Origin: the human T2T-CHM13v2.0 reference genome, Homo sapiens
Assembly: GCF_009914755.1 (NCBI RefSeq)
Contig: NC_060926.1
DNA: 64,000 nt
Direction: 5' to 3' (one strand)
Below, one piece after another: positions 14,655 through 28,820 of this stretch. The translations under genes were made by a program, and so were the position numbers. The notes below the pieces were generated by a model. The model was not told where the DNA came from and searched no databases. It was given only the letters and a program-made list of their open reading frames with translations. The number at the start of each line of letters is the position of its first letter. The first letter of the stretch is position 1.

Positions 14655-15547
14655 GTATGTAAGCTATATTGTTTTTGAATTCTAATTATAACTTAAATCT
14701 TTTAGCTGCATTATTATAGAAGCTTTAAAAATATTTTTCAAATCTCCAATAGTGAAAAATTATTGAAAGTCAGTATACCATGTAAGTCTATGTCAAAGTA
14801 CAAACTGTTAATGGGTAATAAAATATGTGTTTTAAATCTACATTCTAAATGTGTGCTTGTGTGCTGTGTAAACCAGTATAATACTTTGACCAACATTCGA
14901 TTGCTAATCATAAACAAAGCTTGGTACATTAATACATTTTTAAAAGATGGTCATAGTTCTTCCGGTGTTCTTGAAAGGAAAGGAATTCCCAGAATGTTGT
15001 TATTCTTTTTTAATCTCAGCATTTACCTGGCTACAAGCTAAACAGAATGAGAATTATAGTTGTTTCTTTTCCTTCCAAATTTCAACTCTGTTCACAGACA
15101 GGACAGTGAGAGCCAATGATTAGCTAGGCTGCAACTATAGATCTAAATCTAAAATGAGTAGAACTTTTTATAATGGAAAAAGGACCTACTCTACTTGTGG
15201 GTTTAATTCCGGTGGCTGACAAACTGTTCTCTTGCCATGTGATATATTACTATGAGAAGATAGAAAAATGTTTATAGGAAAACAAAATTGTTCTAAAGTA
15301 TTCAACATATGTGTGTGTGTGTGTATACATGTATGTATGTATGATATGTATGACTATTTGGACTATATAATACTATTTGGTACTATATAATATACCATTT
15401 TAGCTGAATGTGATCTCAATTTTTAGCTCAATATGATATCAACTATTTTTTAAGTTTTCTCACATGGATGGCATTCATAAATGCCTGATATTATAATAAA
15501 TTACAAGTCTTAACTGATTAAAAGGGGTCTTTATTTTACATGTGCAG

Positions 15548-15625
15548 AATAAGAAGCTTATAGACATAGAAGCTCTCATGAACAATAACTTGATAACTGC
15601 AATTGAAATGAGCAGTCTTTCTGAG
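15548..15625 (+). CDS. SGO2: SGO2 exon 4 (aa 104-129)
   Basis: tgtgcag| NKKLIDIEALMNNNLITAIEMSSLSE |GTAAGT. 78 nt. Confidence 0.95.
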
Positions 15626-16689
15626 GTAAGTAGAATTTATATGTAAATAGTGTTGTTCTTTAGATTACTGAGGATCACTGAGATTACTTAAATAACATCA
15701 AGGTTAGAGATTCACATTTCAAGTTTTGTGCAAAGGACTGATGATAATATCAGTTTTAACTGGCTAACAGCATATTATCATTTTGTATAATTGGTTATTG
15801 AAAATGTCATATGAAAATTAGGTTTTTATTAAAAGTAACAGGATTAGACAGGTTAGTGGAACATACTGGCTCCTAAATGGACTCAGAAACATAAAGACAT
15901 TAGTAGAAAGGAAGCATTTTAAGTGAGGAAAGACTTTGGGGTTTTTGTTTTTTGTTTGTTTGTTTTAAAGATGGACACAATTGAAAAACTGGGGAAAAAA
16001 ATAGAGGCTGGTCCTACTTTATACTGTTTTCTAAAACAAATTCTAAATTTCCCAAATGCTTTTCATGTGGTTCTTTTTGGAGAATTCAGAGGGCTGAGGT
16101 CAACATCTAGATTAAGGAAAAGTAAAAACTGGACAGCAGGTAGATGGAGAAGCTGGAGGTGAAGGCACAGTATACATTCTTGGTAGCTACCTTCTTGAAC
16201 TTACTATTTAACAGACTAACTTTTGCATACCAAGCTTTAAAATTCTTTTTCTTTCTAGTTGTTACTAAGTGGGGCAGGTGATGGGTCATATAGACGTACT
16301 GTTCTAACATCAGAACGAGATAAGAAAAGTATAGAATAAAGTTTCACACATGCTTTTGTCCGCCTTCAGCTACTTTCTTCTCCGTTCTGTCTTCTCCTTG
16401 TACCTCATGCAGGTGATTGCTTTCATCTATTTCTTTATATAAAAACAAACAAACAAAATAAATATTTTCTTACTTTTCTTCTTTACACAAAAGATAGCAT
16501 GCTATACCAGATGTTCTATACCTTTTTATGTGACATATCTTGGGGATCTCTCCATATGATTATGTGGAGTGATTCCTCATTCTCTTTTGGTGCTGCTTTG
16601 GATAGATCCAGAGTGGACTTGTAATCTACCTCACTAGGCTCCTGTTGTTGGACACTTGGGTTATCCTTTGCTGTTGGCTTGTGTTAGTG

Positions 16690-18100
16690 TAGAGTGCCTT
16701 TCCCTCTTGCATCATTAATTTTTTCCCTCCCTTCTGGATTATTCCCATCAGGATGCAAAAATGTTATCATCTCTCATCTTAAAAAATAAATAAATAAACC
16801 TCTTACTTCACCTACTTCCCCGCTACTATCTCAGCTCTCTTCTTGCCTTTACAGCAAAGCTTTTTGAGAGATTTATTCACTATCTCTAGTTTCTCTTGAT
16901 CCCAAGCCAATTGGGTTTTCACCACCAGTCCACTAAATCCTGAAAGTCACCATTGATGTCCATGTTGCGAAAACCCACGGATAATTCTTGGTTCTTCTAT
17001 TGACTTCACATGACTTTTAGAATACCACACACTCCTAAGTCTCTTCCTACCTTTCTGGCTATTCCTTTTCAGTCTGTTTGCTGGTTTCTCTTTATTTTAC
17101 TAAGTTTTGGGAATGCCTTATGACTCAGTTCTTGGACTTCTCTTTTCTATCTACATTCACTCCTCCTAAATAATTTTATTCTATCTTATGGTTTTAATTA
17201 CTGCTATACACTGTTGACTTTCAAATTTGTAACTCCAGCCTGACCATCTCCTCTGACCTCCAGACAATTTATATCTAATTACCTACTTGGCATCTGTTTG
17301 GATGTCTAAAAGCCATCTCAAATTTCACATTTGCCACCAAACCAGTTCTTTTTGAGATTTTCATCTAAGGTAATCACAACTCTCTTTTCCTGTCTTTTTC
17401 TCACACCCCATATCTGATCCTTTGGCAAATCATTTTAGTTCTGCCTTCAAAATCAGTCTACAATTCTACCAGTTCTCACAATCCTCTTTCACCACGCATG
17501 TCCAAGGCACTGTTATGTCTTACTTACATATTGTATTAATATTAGCATCCCAACTTGGCCTTCTTACTTTTTCTCTTGTTCCTCTATGTATTCTCTTCTT
17601 ATTATAACAGCCAGAGTGATGCTGTTAAAATGTTAGTCTCTGCTTCAAACTCTCCAGTGGAGTCTTATCTATTGCTTGATGTGATCTGAAAACTGAAACT
17701 CTTCTTATTTCTTCCACCTCATTTGCTACTCTCCTCTTTCTTCCACTCCTTAACCTTTTCAGTGCAGTTCTCTTCCCACTCCCTCAGAGGTGAGCTGCTA
17801 CCATAGTGCCTTTGTACATGTTCTGTCTGCATGTGACAAGTTCCCGTCCTTCAAATGTTGACTCAAAAGTGACTGCAGTGAAGCCTTCCCTAGCAACTCT
17901 GCATAAATTTAAACACTCCTCACCCCTGCACTTACATTTCATATCCTGCTTTTCTTCTTTAATCTTTCTCCTTAACACTTAACACTCACTGTATGACAAT
18001 TTTGTTTATTGTTCATCCCATCAGAATGTAAGCTTTTTGAGTGCAGGGATGTCTTTACCAGAACAACATCTAGAACATAGTAGGATGCAATAAATACATA
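16690..18100 (+). mobile_element. L2 LINE fragment(s)
   Basis: Pyrimidine-rich L2 body ending agaatgtaagct...taggatgcaataaatac. Boundaries approximate. Confidence 0.6.
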
Positions 18101-18339
18101 TAAAATATTAGGTAGTGTTTCCCCAGTAAGACTGATGCTTGTTTTATATGTAAATAAGTAAGGTACATATATTTCCTGCAGTCCCTCTTTGATTGAGCTT
18201 TTTAAATACAAATAATGCTAAGTAATGTAAGTATCTTTTTAGTATGATGATGATGTGGTCTTTTTAGGTGGCTTAGTATGATTATTTATTTTAGTAACTT
18301 TCCTAATTTTACATTTCTGTAATAAACTTCAGAAGTGAT

Positions 18340-20160
18340 TTTTCTTTTAATATGCTGCTGAATTCTTTTTTGCCAGTTTTGCTTAAGATTTTTCTATTGT
18401 TAGTTATAAGTGAGGACTCTGAGGTTTTTTTTCTATGCATGGAAAAAAACATAAGACCATACAGTCTTTAGGCATTGATAAAAATGTTATATATACTAAG
18501 CCCATAAAAAGAATTTGGATGTTTTACTTTTTCTATGTTCTTTAAAAGTGATACAGTATTATAATTGTTTTTCTTTAAAGGTTTTGTAGAATTATTCTGT
18601 GAAACCATCTGGACCTGGGACTTTTCTGATGAGAGTGATAGTAGCTTTTTGTTGACTTTATTTATCCTGTGGATATTGGTCCCCTTAGGAAAATGTCTTT
18701 CTTTCTTTTGTGTTTAGTTTTATTAAATTATTTTTCCTTAGAAAGTTATCTGTTTCATCTAAGTTTTTAAATGGATGTTCACAGAGTTGACCAGAGTAGT
18801 CTGTCATTATTCTTTTAATTTTGTCTGTGTTGCATTTCCCCAGTTGATTAATTTTATGTATTTGGGCTTTTATTTGTCTTTTTTCTCCCCACTATCTTAG
18901 GTTGTTGTGATTTTTCTGTTTTATTTTATTCTTTTAAAAGAATCATCTTTCTAATTTAATTTAATGTTTGATGTTTCAAACATTTTTTGCTTTTATTTTT
19001 AATAAGTTCTTTTGCCTTTTTGTGGTTCATTGTTACTTTTCTAACTTTGAGTCAATGCTTTTTTTAATTGTTAACTGTAGGTAAGATGCCATTTTTCTCT
19101 CAATACTTTCAATTTTTTAAATTGTCTTTAGTTTTGAGAATTTTGACTTTGATGTGTTTTGCCATGAATTTCCTTGAGTTTATCTTTTTGAGGTTCACTC
19201 AGCTTCTTGAATTTGTAGGTTGATGTCTCTATCAAGTTTGGAAAAATGTTCAGCCATAATGTCCCCAAGTACTTTTCCAGTCCTGCCCTCTTTCTCTTTC
19301 TCCTTTCCTCTAGGACTCTGATGACAGGAATGTTTTATCTTTTTTGCTATTCCACAAATTCCTAACCCTCTGTTATTTTTTTCAGTCTCTTTTCTTTCTT
19401 GTTCAGTTTGAGTAATTTCTATTGTTCTATCTCCAAGTTCAGGGATTTCTTTCTCCCCTTTTTTTCTCGGTTTTGCTGTTGAGCCCATTTAATTTATTTT
19501 ATTTTATTTGGTTATTACATTTTTCAGTTCTGAGCTCCATTCGGCTCTTTGTATCTATTTGTTTGCTGAGATGTTCCATTTTTTCATTTGTTTTAAGCAT
19601 GTTAGTAATTGCTTGTTGAAGCATTTTTATGATACTTGTTTTAAAATCTTTGTCAGATAATTCCAACATTTGTGTCATCTCAGTGATGATATCTATTGTC
19701 CTTTCTTATTCAAATTTAGAGTTACCTGATTTTTGGTATGACAAGTGATTGATTTTTGATTGTATCTTGGACATTTTAGATGCATTATAAGACATTGGAT
19801 CTTATTTCCATCTTGTGTTTAAGCAGACCTCCTTTGACACTACACTGGTGGTAAGGGGAGGTGCTGCCTACTGCCAAGTGGGGACTGAAGTTTAGACTTC
19901 CCATTCAGCCTCTGTTGACAACACTGTGGTGGGCATAACTGATGAGTGGGTCTGAGAGTTCAGGCTGACACCACTATGGCTGGAACAGGGAAGGGCGCAC
20001 CTCATTACTTTCATGGCCTCTGCTGACATGAGGATGAGGAGGATAATGAAGGGGGGAGGTTGTTACTACTGAAGAGTGATGAAAATCCTAGTTCTTTATT
20101 AAACCACTTCTATCCCCACCATAGAGGAGAGGGAGGGGAACTCCTTCCTATCACTGAATG
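18340..20160 (-). mobile_element. Old L1M fragments (ORF2/ORF1/5' remnants)
   Basis: The minus-strand translation at 19195-19488 resembles degraded L1 ORF1 (IEITQTEQER...DIMAEHFSKLDRDINLQIQEAE); gaaaccatctggacctgg is an ORF2 motif. Confidence 0.65.
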
Positions 20161-20164
20161 GGGA

Positions 20165-21120
20165 TGTATAGCATATAGACATTTTATTTTCTGTGTATTA
20201 TGATGTTTTTACATCTTTTAAAACATTATTGGCTGGAGACACTGCCCTTCTCAGGGCTAGCCAATTTTTAGAGATAGCAAGGGACCAGCCAGGAGCATGT
20301 CTTTTGTTTTAGTCTGTTTTCTGCTGCTATAACAGAATACCACATACAGGGTAATTTATTGTTTTCTTTTCTTTTTTCATTTGAGATTTCATTCTCTAAA
20401 AAGACTGGGTAATTTATAAAGAACAGAGATTCATTTGGTTCACAGTTCTGGAGGCTGGGAAGTCCAAGAGCATGATGCTGACATCTGGCATGTGTCATCC
20501 CATGATAGAAGGTGGAAGGGCAAGAAAGCATGCAAGACAGAAAAGGAGACCAGACTCCTGTAACCCACTCCTGCAATAACAGCATTAATCCATTCATGAG
20601 GGCAGAGCCCTCATGACCTAATTACCTCTTAAAGGTCCTGCCTCTTAATACCATCACAATGGTAATTCAGTTTCAACATGAGTTTTGGAGGAGAGATTCA
20701 AAACCATAGCACTTTTGATATGCAAGCTAACTAATCCAGAGCCATATCTCCCCTGTCTGGCCTTTATATCTCAGGAGGCAATGGTCCTCTGCTTTGATCG
20801 TCCCAGGGTCAGGTACTAGGCAACCAGGGACCTACCTCTCCTGTGTCTTAGAGCCTGCCAAAATTATTCAAACTAGCCAATTCTAGACTATTCACCCTGC
20901 CCTGTCTTGCCTTTCCTATGGAAACTCCAATAATAGGCTCTGGCCTAAACCTTCCCCTCATTCCCATCTTCTGCCTTCTGACCATCCTAGTGTCTTTTCT
21001 GTGTGGCTCTGCATGGCCTGCTGTACCTCTTGTCTCTAGGACCTGCAAGTATAATAAACTTTATTTTTTTCCTGAGTCTCTACCTTCTTTTAATGGCTAC
21101 ACCCAACTGACTATCTCATA
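20165..21120 (+). mobile_element. ERV-type solo LTR (family uncertain), interrupted by an MST LTR
   Basis: LTR-like composition with AATAAA near 21053. The sequence resumes after the MST insert. Confidence 0.5.
20305..20711 (-). mobile_element. MaLR MST LTR
   Basis: tgttttagtctgttttctgctgctataacagaatacc...cacagttctggaggctgggaagtccaag...catgagttttggagg...aaaccatagca. Confidence 0.85.
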
Positions 21121-22062
21121 AAAAGAATATGAAACAGGATGGAGATCCAAATATGTCCTCCACTGACATTGTTGGGCGGGGATGTGCTCTTTAACACTGG
21201 GCTGTCCCAAGCCTTTTCTGATGGTACTGCTGATTTGGAAGAGAGTTGTCTTATTATAGCCTGGTGAGTGTGGAAGTTTAGGTTCCCCATTTTGACCTTT
21301 GTGCTTTTGTCAAAAATTAATTGACCAAATATATGTGAATCCATTTCTGGACTCTCTGTTCTATGTCATTGATCTATTTGTCTTATCATTATGCTAATAC
21401 TGTACTGTCTCAATTACTGTAACCCTCCTAACTTTTTTCTTTTTCAAAGTTTTCTTTGTTTTTTTAGCTATTCTAGGTCTTCTGCATTTCCATATGAATT
21501 TTAAAATCAGCTTGATAATTTGGCACCATTCCCTTGTTTCTATTACAGCTTAGCTCTGTAATAAAAAACATGGTTGTGTGTTGCCTAATTTTCTGGTGTT
21601 TATTAATAATTAAAACATGTTTGTATCTGAAAATTTAGAAATATGGATAAGTAAATATATAAAAGATATATTAAAATCACCCAGATTTTGAATTTTAAAA
21701 AGCCATTTAAAAGATGTATTATAAAATTCAATAAAATATTGCATAATACATATGTAGACATGAACATATTGCATGTATGTAAAGATATTGTATTTGTGTA
21801 GGTATAGTCATGTATTTATTCCTACACATAGAAGAATGTTGAGGTTATATACCAAAATGTTGGCAGTGATTATCTTTCGTTGGCATGATTAAGGATGCAC
21901 TGTGTTTTAACCTTATTATCACATTATTCTCATTAAATTATTAAAGGTAAATGCAAAAATTGTTCTTTTACTATTAATGTCATTGTATAATTTGGTACTG
22001 TGATAACTAACATGATTTAATAAGGTTAGAAACTTTGTTTTCTTTATTTTTTTCAAAAATAG

Positions 22063-22148
22063 TTCCATCAGAGTTCCTTTCTACTGTCAGCTAGCAAGAA
22101 GAAACGAATTAGTAAACAGTGCAAGTTGATGCGTCTTCCATTTGCAAG
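22063..22148 (+). CDS. SGO2: SGO2 exon 5 (aa 130-158; MAD2-interacting motif region with R153)
   Basis: aatag| FHQSSFLLSASKKKRISKQCKLMRLPFA(R) AG|GTAAAT. 86 nt. Confidence 0.95.
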
Positions 22149-22416
22149 GTAAATATGGGCTTGAATTACACTAGTTCAGAGTATATAGATTTTATATAAC
22201 ACAATTAGTGTTTGTGTGTATTGTACAGTGTTCAGGATCATCAACCTGTAGTTATCTACTAACGTAGAAATGAGCTGGTTTGTAGTGTCTTGCTATAGGT
22301 TGTTTCTCTAGGACTCCAAGGAAACTTACGGTCAATCCCCCAACCAGGTTTATTTGTAATGTCTTGCTACTTTATAGTTCTTTTTTTTCTTTTCATCTAG
22401 TTCACTCCTGGCCTTA

Positions 22417-22807
<391 letters not shown>

Positions 22808-23583
22808 TTAACTTTTGTCTTTGCTCTTATCCTCCTGTGCACAATTCTCATTTTTTATTAATTTGATTATAAGTTATAGAAAGCACCCTATTTCAAATCT
22901 GTCATCTTACAAGTCAGTCAGTGATGCTCAGAGAGGCAAAATGATTGAATGAATTGATAGCATTGACCAAAATCCTGTTGTCTCTTTTAGAAATGTTCTT
23001 TCTATTATATATAACATATAGATTTAATGCTTTTACTTAAGTGCACAAGTAAATGCACTTATTTATTGAAATGCTATCTGTGCCATAGTAAAAAATTCTC
23101 ATATTTACTGTATCACTTTCAATTCATTGTAGTTTGTTCCATTGACTTGCCTATTATGTGTGTTATTACCATTTCATACCAGTACATTTTAATTGTTGTA
23201 ATTTTAAAATAGTAAATTTTGTTGTTTATTAGATCCTTAGTAGTTTTTCAAAAGTATGTTGTCATTATGCACGTATTGTTTCATATAGATATGCAAATTA
23301 AGTGTCAACTTGTCCTCCAAAAAATTGTATTGTGTGTCTTTAAGTGAACTTTTGTTTGAAGTATATTATACATATTCAAACATGGTGGATTTTCACCAAG
23401 TGAACACTGTTGTGTAATGCATACCCAGAACAAGAAACAGAATATTACCAACATCTCAGATACTTCCTTGTGTCCCTTTCTAGTCACTACCCACTACCCA
23501 ACACCTACCCAAGGATAAAATATTATACTGACTTCTAATTATAGATCAATTAATTTTACATGGTTTTGAACTTCATATAATGA

Positions 23584-24065
<482 letters not shown>

Positions 24066-24180
24066 TGGTTTTCTAGTTTTGGTCTATTACAAATAGGGCT
24101 GCCACATATATGCCTTTTGATGAAGGTATGCACACATTCTGTTAGGTATATAGTGTGGAGTAGAATTACTTGGGAGATCG

Positions 24181-24223
<43 letters not shown>
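24181..24223. repeat. (ATCT)n tetranucleotide STR
   Basis: About 11 perfect ATCT units. Confidence 0.95.
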
Positions 24224-24226
<3 letters not shown>

Positions 24227-24504
24227 GGCTTCAGGAGAAACTGCTAAGTAGTTTTCTAAAGGAGTTATACCAATTTACATTATTACTAACAATATATGAG
24301 GATTCCTGTTGTTCTGTATCCTCAACAATTCTTGTTATTGTCTGTCTTTTTCATTTTAGCCATTTTGAGGGATGTATAGTGGTATCATTTTGTGGTTTTA
24401 TTTTTAATTTTCCTGATAATTAAGAAGTTAAGTATCTTTTCATATGTTTACTTTCTATTGGGTTATCTGTCATATTTTTTAAGGTGTTCTTTGTATACAT
24501 ATTT

Positions 24505-24794
24505 TTGTATGTGAGGCAAGGTCTCACTTTGTCACCCAGCCTGGAGTGTAGTGGTGCAATCTCAGCTCACTACAGCCTTGACCTCTTGGGCTCAAGCGAT
24601 CCTCTCTCCTCAGTCCCCCAAGTAGCTGGGACTACAGGTGCATGCCATCATGCCCGGCTAATTTTTATACTTTTTGTAGAGACAGGGTTTTGCCATGTTG
24701 CCCAGGCTAGTCTTGAACTCCTGAGCTCAAGTGATCTGCCCACCTCAACCTCGCAAAGTGCTAGGATTACAGGTGTGAGCCACCATGCCTGGCA
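24505..24794 (-). mobile_element. AluJ
   Basis: cactacagccttgacctcttgggctcaagcgatcctc AluJ diagnostics. Confidence 0.88.
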
Positions 24795-25667
24795 TATTCT
24801 TCGTGTATCTTCTACTCTGTGGCTTGCCCCTTTGCTCTCTGAATGGTGTCTTTAGATGACCAGTAGCTCTTTATGAAATCCAACTTTGTTTGTGGCGGGG
24901 AGGTGTGTATCTTCTCCCTCACCCGCCTTTTCAGTTACTAATTTTTGTGTCCTTTTGAGAAAATCTTTATTGGTTCTGGTTCTAAAACGGCAGTGTAAGA
25001 TAAGCTGGCTTCTCTTGCCCCAACAAAACAAAACAAAACAAAACAAAATATACAGTGCCAAGATCTACCACCATCAACAGCCCAGAGCTCAAGCTAGTTG
25101 AGATACTTCCTGGGGCCAAAAAGAGGTGGAAAAACTCTGAGCAGATGGTAGGAGAACTGCACTTCCACATGTGCAATGCCCCTCCCTCCCATTCTGCCAG
25201 GCCCGAACTATGTGGAAAATCTCCCCTCAACTCACAGTTTCTATACTGGAAAAAGCAAAATTGAAATGGTCAGCCAGCTTCCCCACCTTCTTCAGTTCCC
25301 TGTCAGGAGAACTGTCCTTGCCTTAACTGATGGGTAGCATTATGACTGCCTGAAGGGAGAAATATCCCGGAGGACAGGCAGAGACAGACAAGCAAGGCTG
25401 GACTACCATCCCCAGCCCAGAAACTCTGCTCTGTAACTCAGCCAAAGGAAGCGCCAAATGAGAGTGGTTGTAGGAGGTGCATTCCCCAGGTCCCCTGGGT
25501 GTGAACTCCTAGCCAGCCTTCCCACATTGCTGTCCTAAACCCTTTGGGACCTCCCCCATTTTGGGACAGGCAGTGGTCAACCATTTACTAGCTCCAAGGT
25601 GAACCTGGGTTGAAGGCACCACCTGGAGCCAAAAAGAAGGCAGCAAACTAGCAGTATAGATTTGCTA

Positions 25668-25864
25668 AAAAAAAAAAAAAATACAAAAAATTAGCCAGGC
25701 GTGGTGGTGGGTGCCTGTAGTCCCAGTTATTCAGGAGGCTGAGGCAGGAGAATGACGTGAACCCAGAAGGCGGAGCTTGCAGTGAGCCGAGATCCTGCCA
25801 CTGCACTCCAGCCTGGGCTATCGAGCGAGACTCCATCTGGAAAAAAAAAAAAAAAAAAAAAAAA
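25668..25864 (+). mobile_element. 5'-truncated AluY (right arm only)
   Basis: Starts at the A-rich linker, has a long A tail, and TSD agatttgcta at 25658-25667 and 25865-25874. Confidence 0.88.
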
Positions 25865-28459
25865 AGATTTGCTAGGCAGATATATTCAATAAAATCCAAA
25901 ACAGGCTGGACAAAGAAAACTGGAATAAATAATCCTTCAAGGCAAAGACATAGACTTACACTCACTAGAAACTACAGCAGACAAGGAGCCATGAGCTTCC
26001 CAAAAGGACAAAAAGCAGAAATTTAGTGACTGATGAAGTGGCAGTTTGTGATTTCTTGGACCAAGAATTCTAAATAGTAGTTTTAAGGAAACTCAGTGAT
26101 CTCCAAGATAACAAAGAAAAGCAGCTCAGAAATTTATCAGAGAAATTTAACAAAGAGATTAAAATAATAAAAAAAAGTCAAACAGAAATCTTGGAACTGA
26201 GAAATACATTTGCTGAGCTATAAAACTCTTTAGAGGTTCTTAACAGCAGAATGAACCAAGCAGAGGAAAGAATCAGTGAGCTGGCTATTTGAAAATACAC
26301 AGTCAGAGGAGAAAAATAAATAGAAGGAAAAGGAATGAAGAGTGCCTACAAGATACAGAAAATTACCCCAAAAGACCAAATCTAAGAATTATTAGTGTTT
26401 AAGAGAGAGCTGAGCATGAGCAAGGCATAGGAAGCTTATTCAAAGAAGTAATAACAGAAAACTTTTCAAGACATGAGAAAGATATACATGTCCAGGTAAA
26501 GGAAGGCCTGAGAACACCAAACAGATTCAATGCAAATAAGACAACTTCAAGGCATATAATAATCAAACTCTCAAAGGTCAAAGACAAAGAGAAGATCCTA
26601 AAAGCAATGAGAGATAAGAAGCAAATAACATAAAGGAGCTCCAATTCATGGGGCAACAGACTTCTCCACAGAAACCATGCAGGCCAGGAGGGAGTAGAAC
26701 AACATTTTCAAGGCACTCAAACAACACCAACAACAAAAAACTGACACCCAAGAATATTGTGTCCAACGAATTGTCATGCAAATTTAAAGGAGAGCTAAAG
26801 TCTTTCACGGATAAACAAAAGCTGAGGAAATTCACCACCACCAAGGACCATCTTGTGAGAAATGCAGAAGGGAGTTCTTCAATCTGAAAGTAAAAAACAC
26901 TACCATGCAAAAGGAAACTTTTTAAGGTATAAAACCCACTGGTAAAATTAAGTACACAGACAAACTCAGAATCCTTTGTTAACTGTATTTATGGTGTGCA
27001 ATCCACTCAAACTCTAGCATGAAGCCCAAAAGATAAATTTATCAAAACTATATCAACCTGTTAATAGATAATATAAAAATATGTAAATTGATACAACTAA
27101 AAGACAAAATGTTGGAGGGTGGAGTTAAATTATAGAATTCTTTTGTGGGTTTTCATATAAATTGTCTCAGTTCTTCAGTTAAAAGCCATAGAGTAGCTGA
27201 ATGGATAAATAAATGAGACCTACCTATGTGCTCCCTTCAAGAAACTCACTTCACCTGCAAAGACACATATAGACAAAGTGGAGAAGGGCTGGAAAAAGAT
27301 ATTCCATGCAACTAGAAAACAAGAGCAAGAGTAGCTGTACTCGTAGCAGATAAGATAAACTACAAAGACTGTAAAAACTGGCAGTAAAGGAGGGTCACTA
27401 TATGATTAAGGGGTCAATTCAACCAGAGGATATAACAATTATAAATATCTATGCACTCAACACTGCAGCTCCATATAAAGCCAACATTACTAGATGTAAA
27501 GGGAGAGAGAGACTGCAATACGGTAATAGTAGGGGGCTTTAACATCCCACTCTCAGTAATAGACAGATCATCCAGACAGAAAATCAACAAAGAAACAGCA
27601 TAAACTGCACACTAGATACAATAGGTCTAACTGACATTTCACCCAGCTGCTGCAGAATACACATTCTTTTCATCAACACATGGAAGATTTTTAAGAATAG
27701 ACCATATCTTAGGCACAAACAAATCTGTACAAGTTCAAAAAAATATAAATCATATCTGGTATCTTCACAATGGAAGAAAACTGGAAATTAAAATGAGAGG
27801 AACTTTGGAAAATACACAAACAAATGGAAATTAAACAACATGCTCCTAAGCAACCAATGGGTCAAAGAAGCAAGTAAGAAGGAAATTAAAAATTTTCTTA
27901 AATGAAAAGGGAAATACAACATAGCAAAGTGTATGGGGTATGGCAAAAGCAATACTGAAAGGGAAGTTTATAGCAATAAATGCGTATATCAAAAAAGGAG
28001 AAAAACTTCAAATAAACAACCTAAAAATACATGTCAAGGAATTAGAAAAGCAAGAACAAAGCAAATCCCAAGTTAGCAGAAGAAATAATAACGATCAGAG
28101 CAGAAATAAATAAAATTGATACTAAAAAAGTATAGAAGATAAAATGAAAAGTTGGTTTTTTGAAAAGATAAACAACATTGACAAACCTTTAGCTAGACTG
28201 AGAGAGAGGACTATAATAAATAAAATCAAACAAGAGATGAGACATAACACCTCAGACCTCAGAAATATAAATAATTATTAGAGACGATTATGAATAATTA
28301 TACACCAACAAATCACAAAATGTGGAAGAAATGAATACATTTTTGGACACATATAACCTACCAAGATTAAACCATAAAGAAATAGAAAACCTCAACAAAC
28401 CAATAACAAGTAATGAGATTGAAGCTATAATAAAAACTCTCCCATTGAAGAAAAGCCCA

Positions 28460-28820
<361 letters not shown>

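Noticed and set aside
18426-18449. Near-palindrome tttttttctatgcatggaaaaaaa
   Set aside because: The arms are mostly homopolymer and likely arise by chance in AT-rich L1 sequence.
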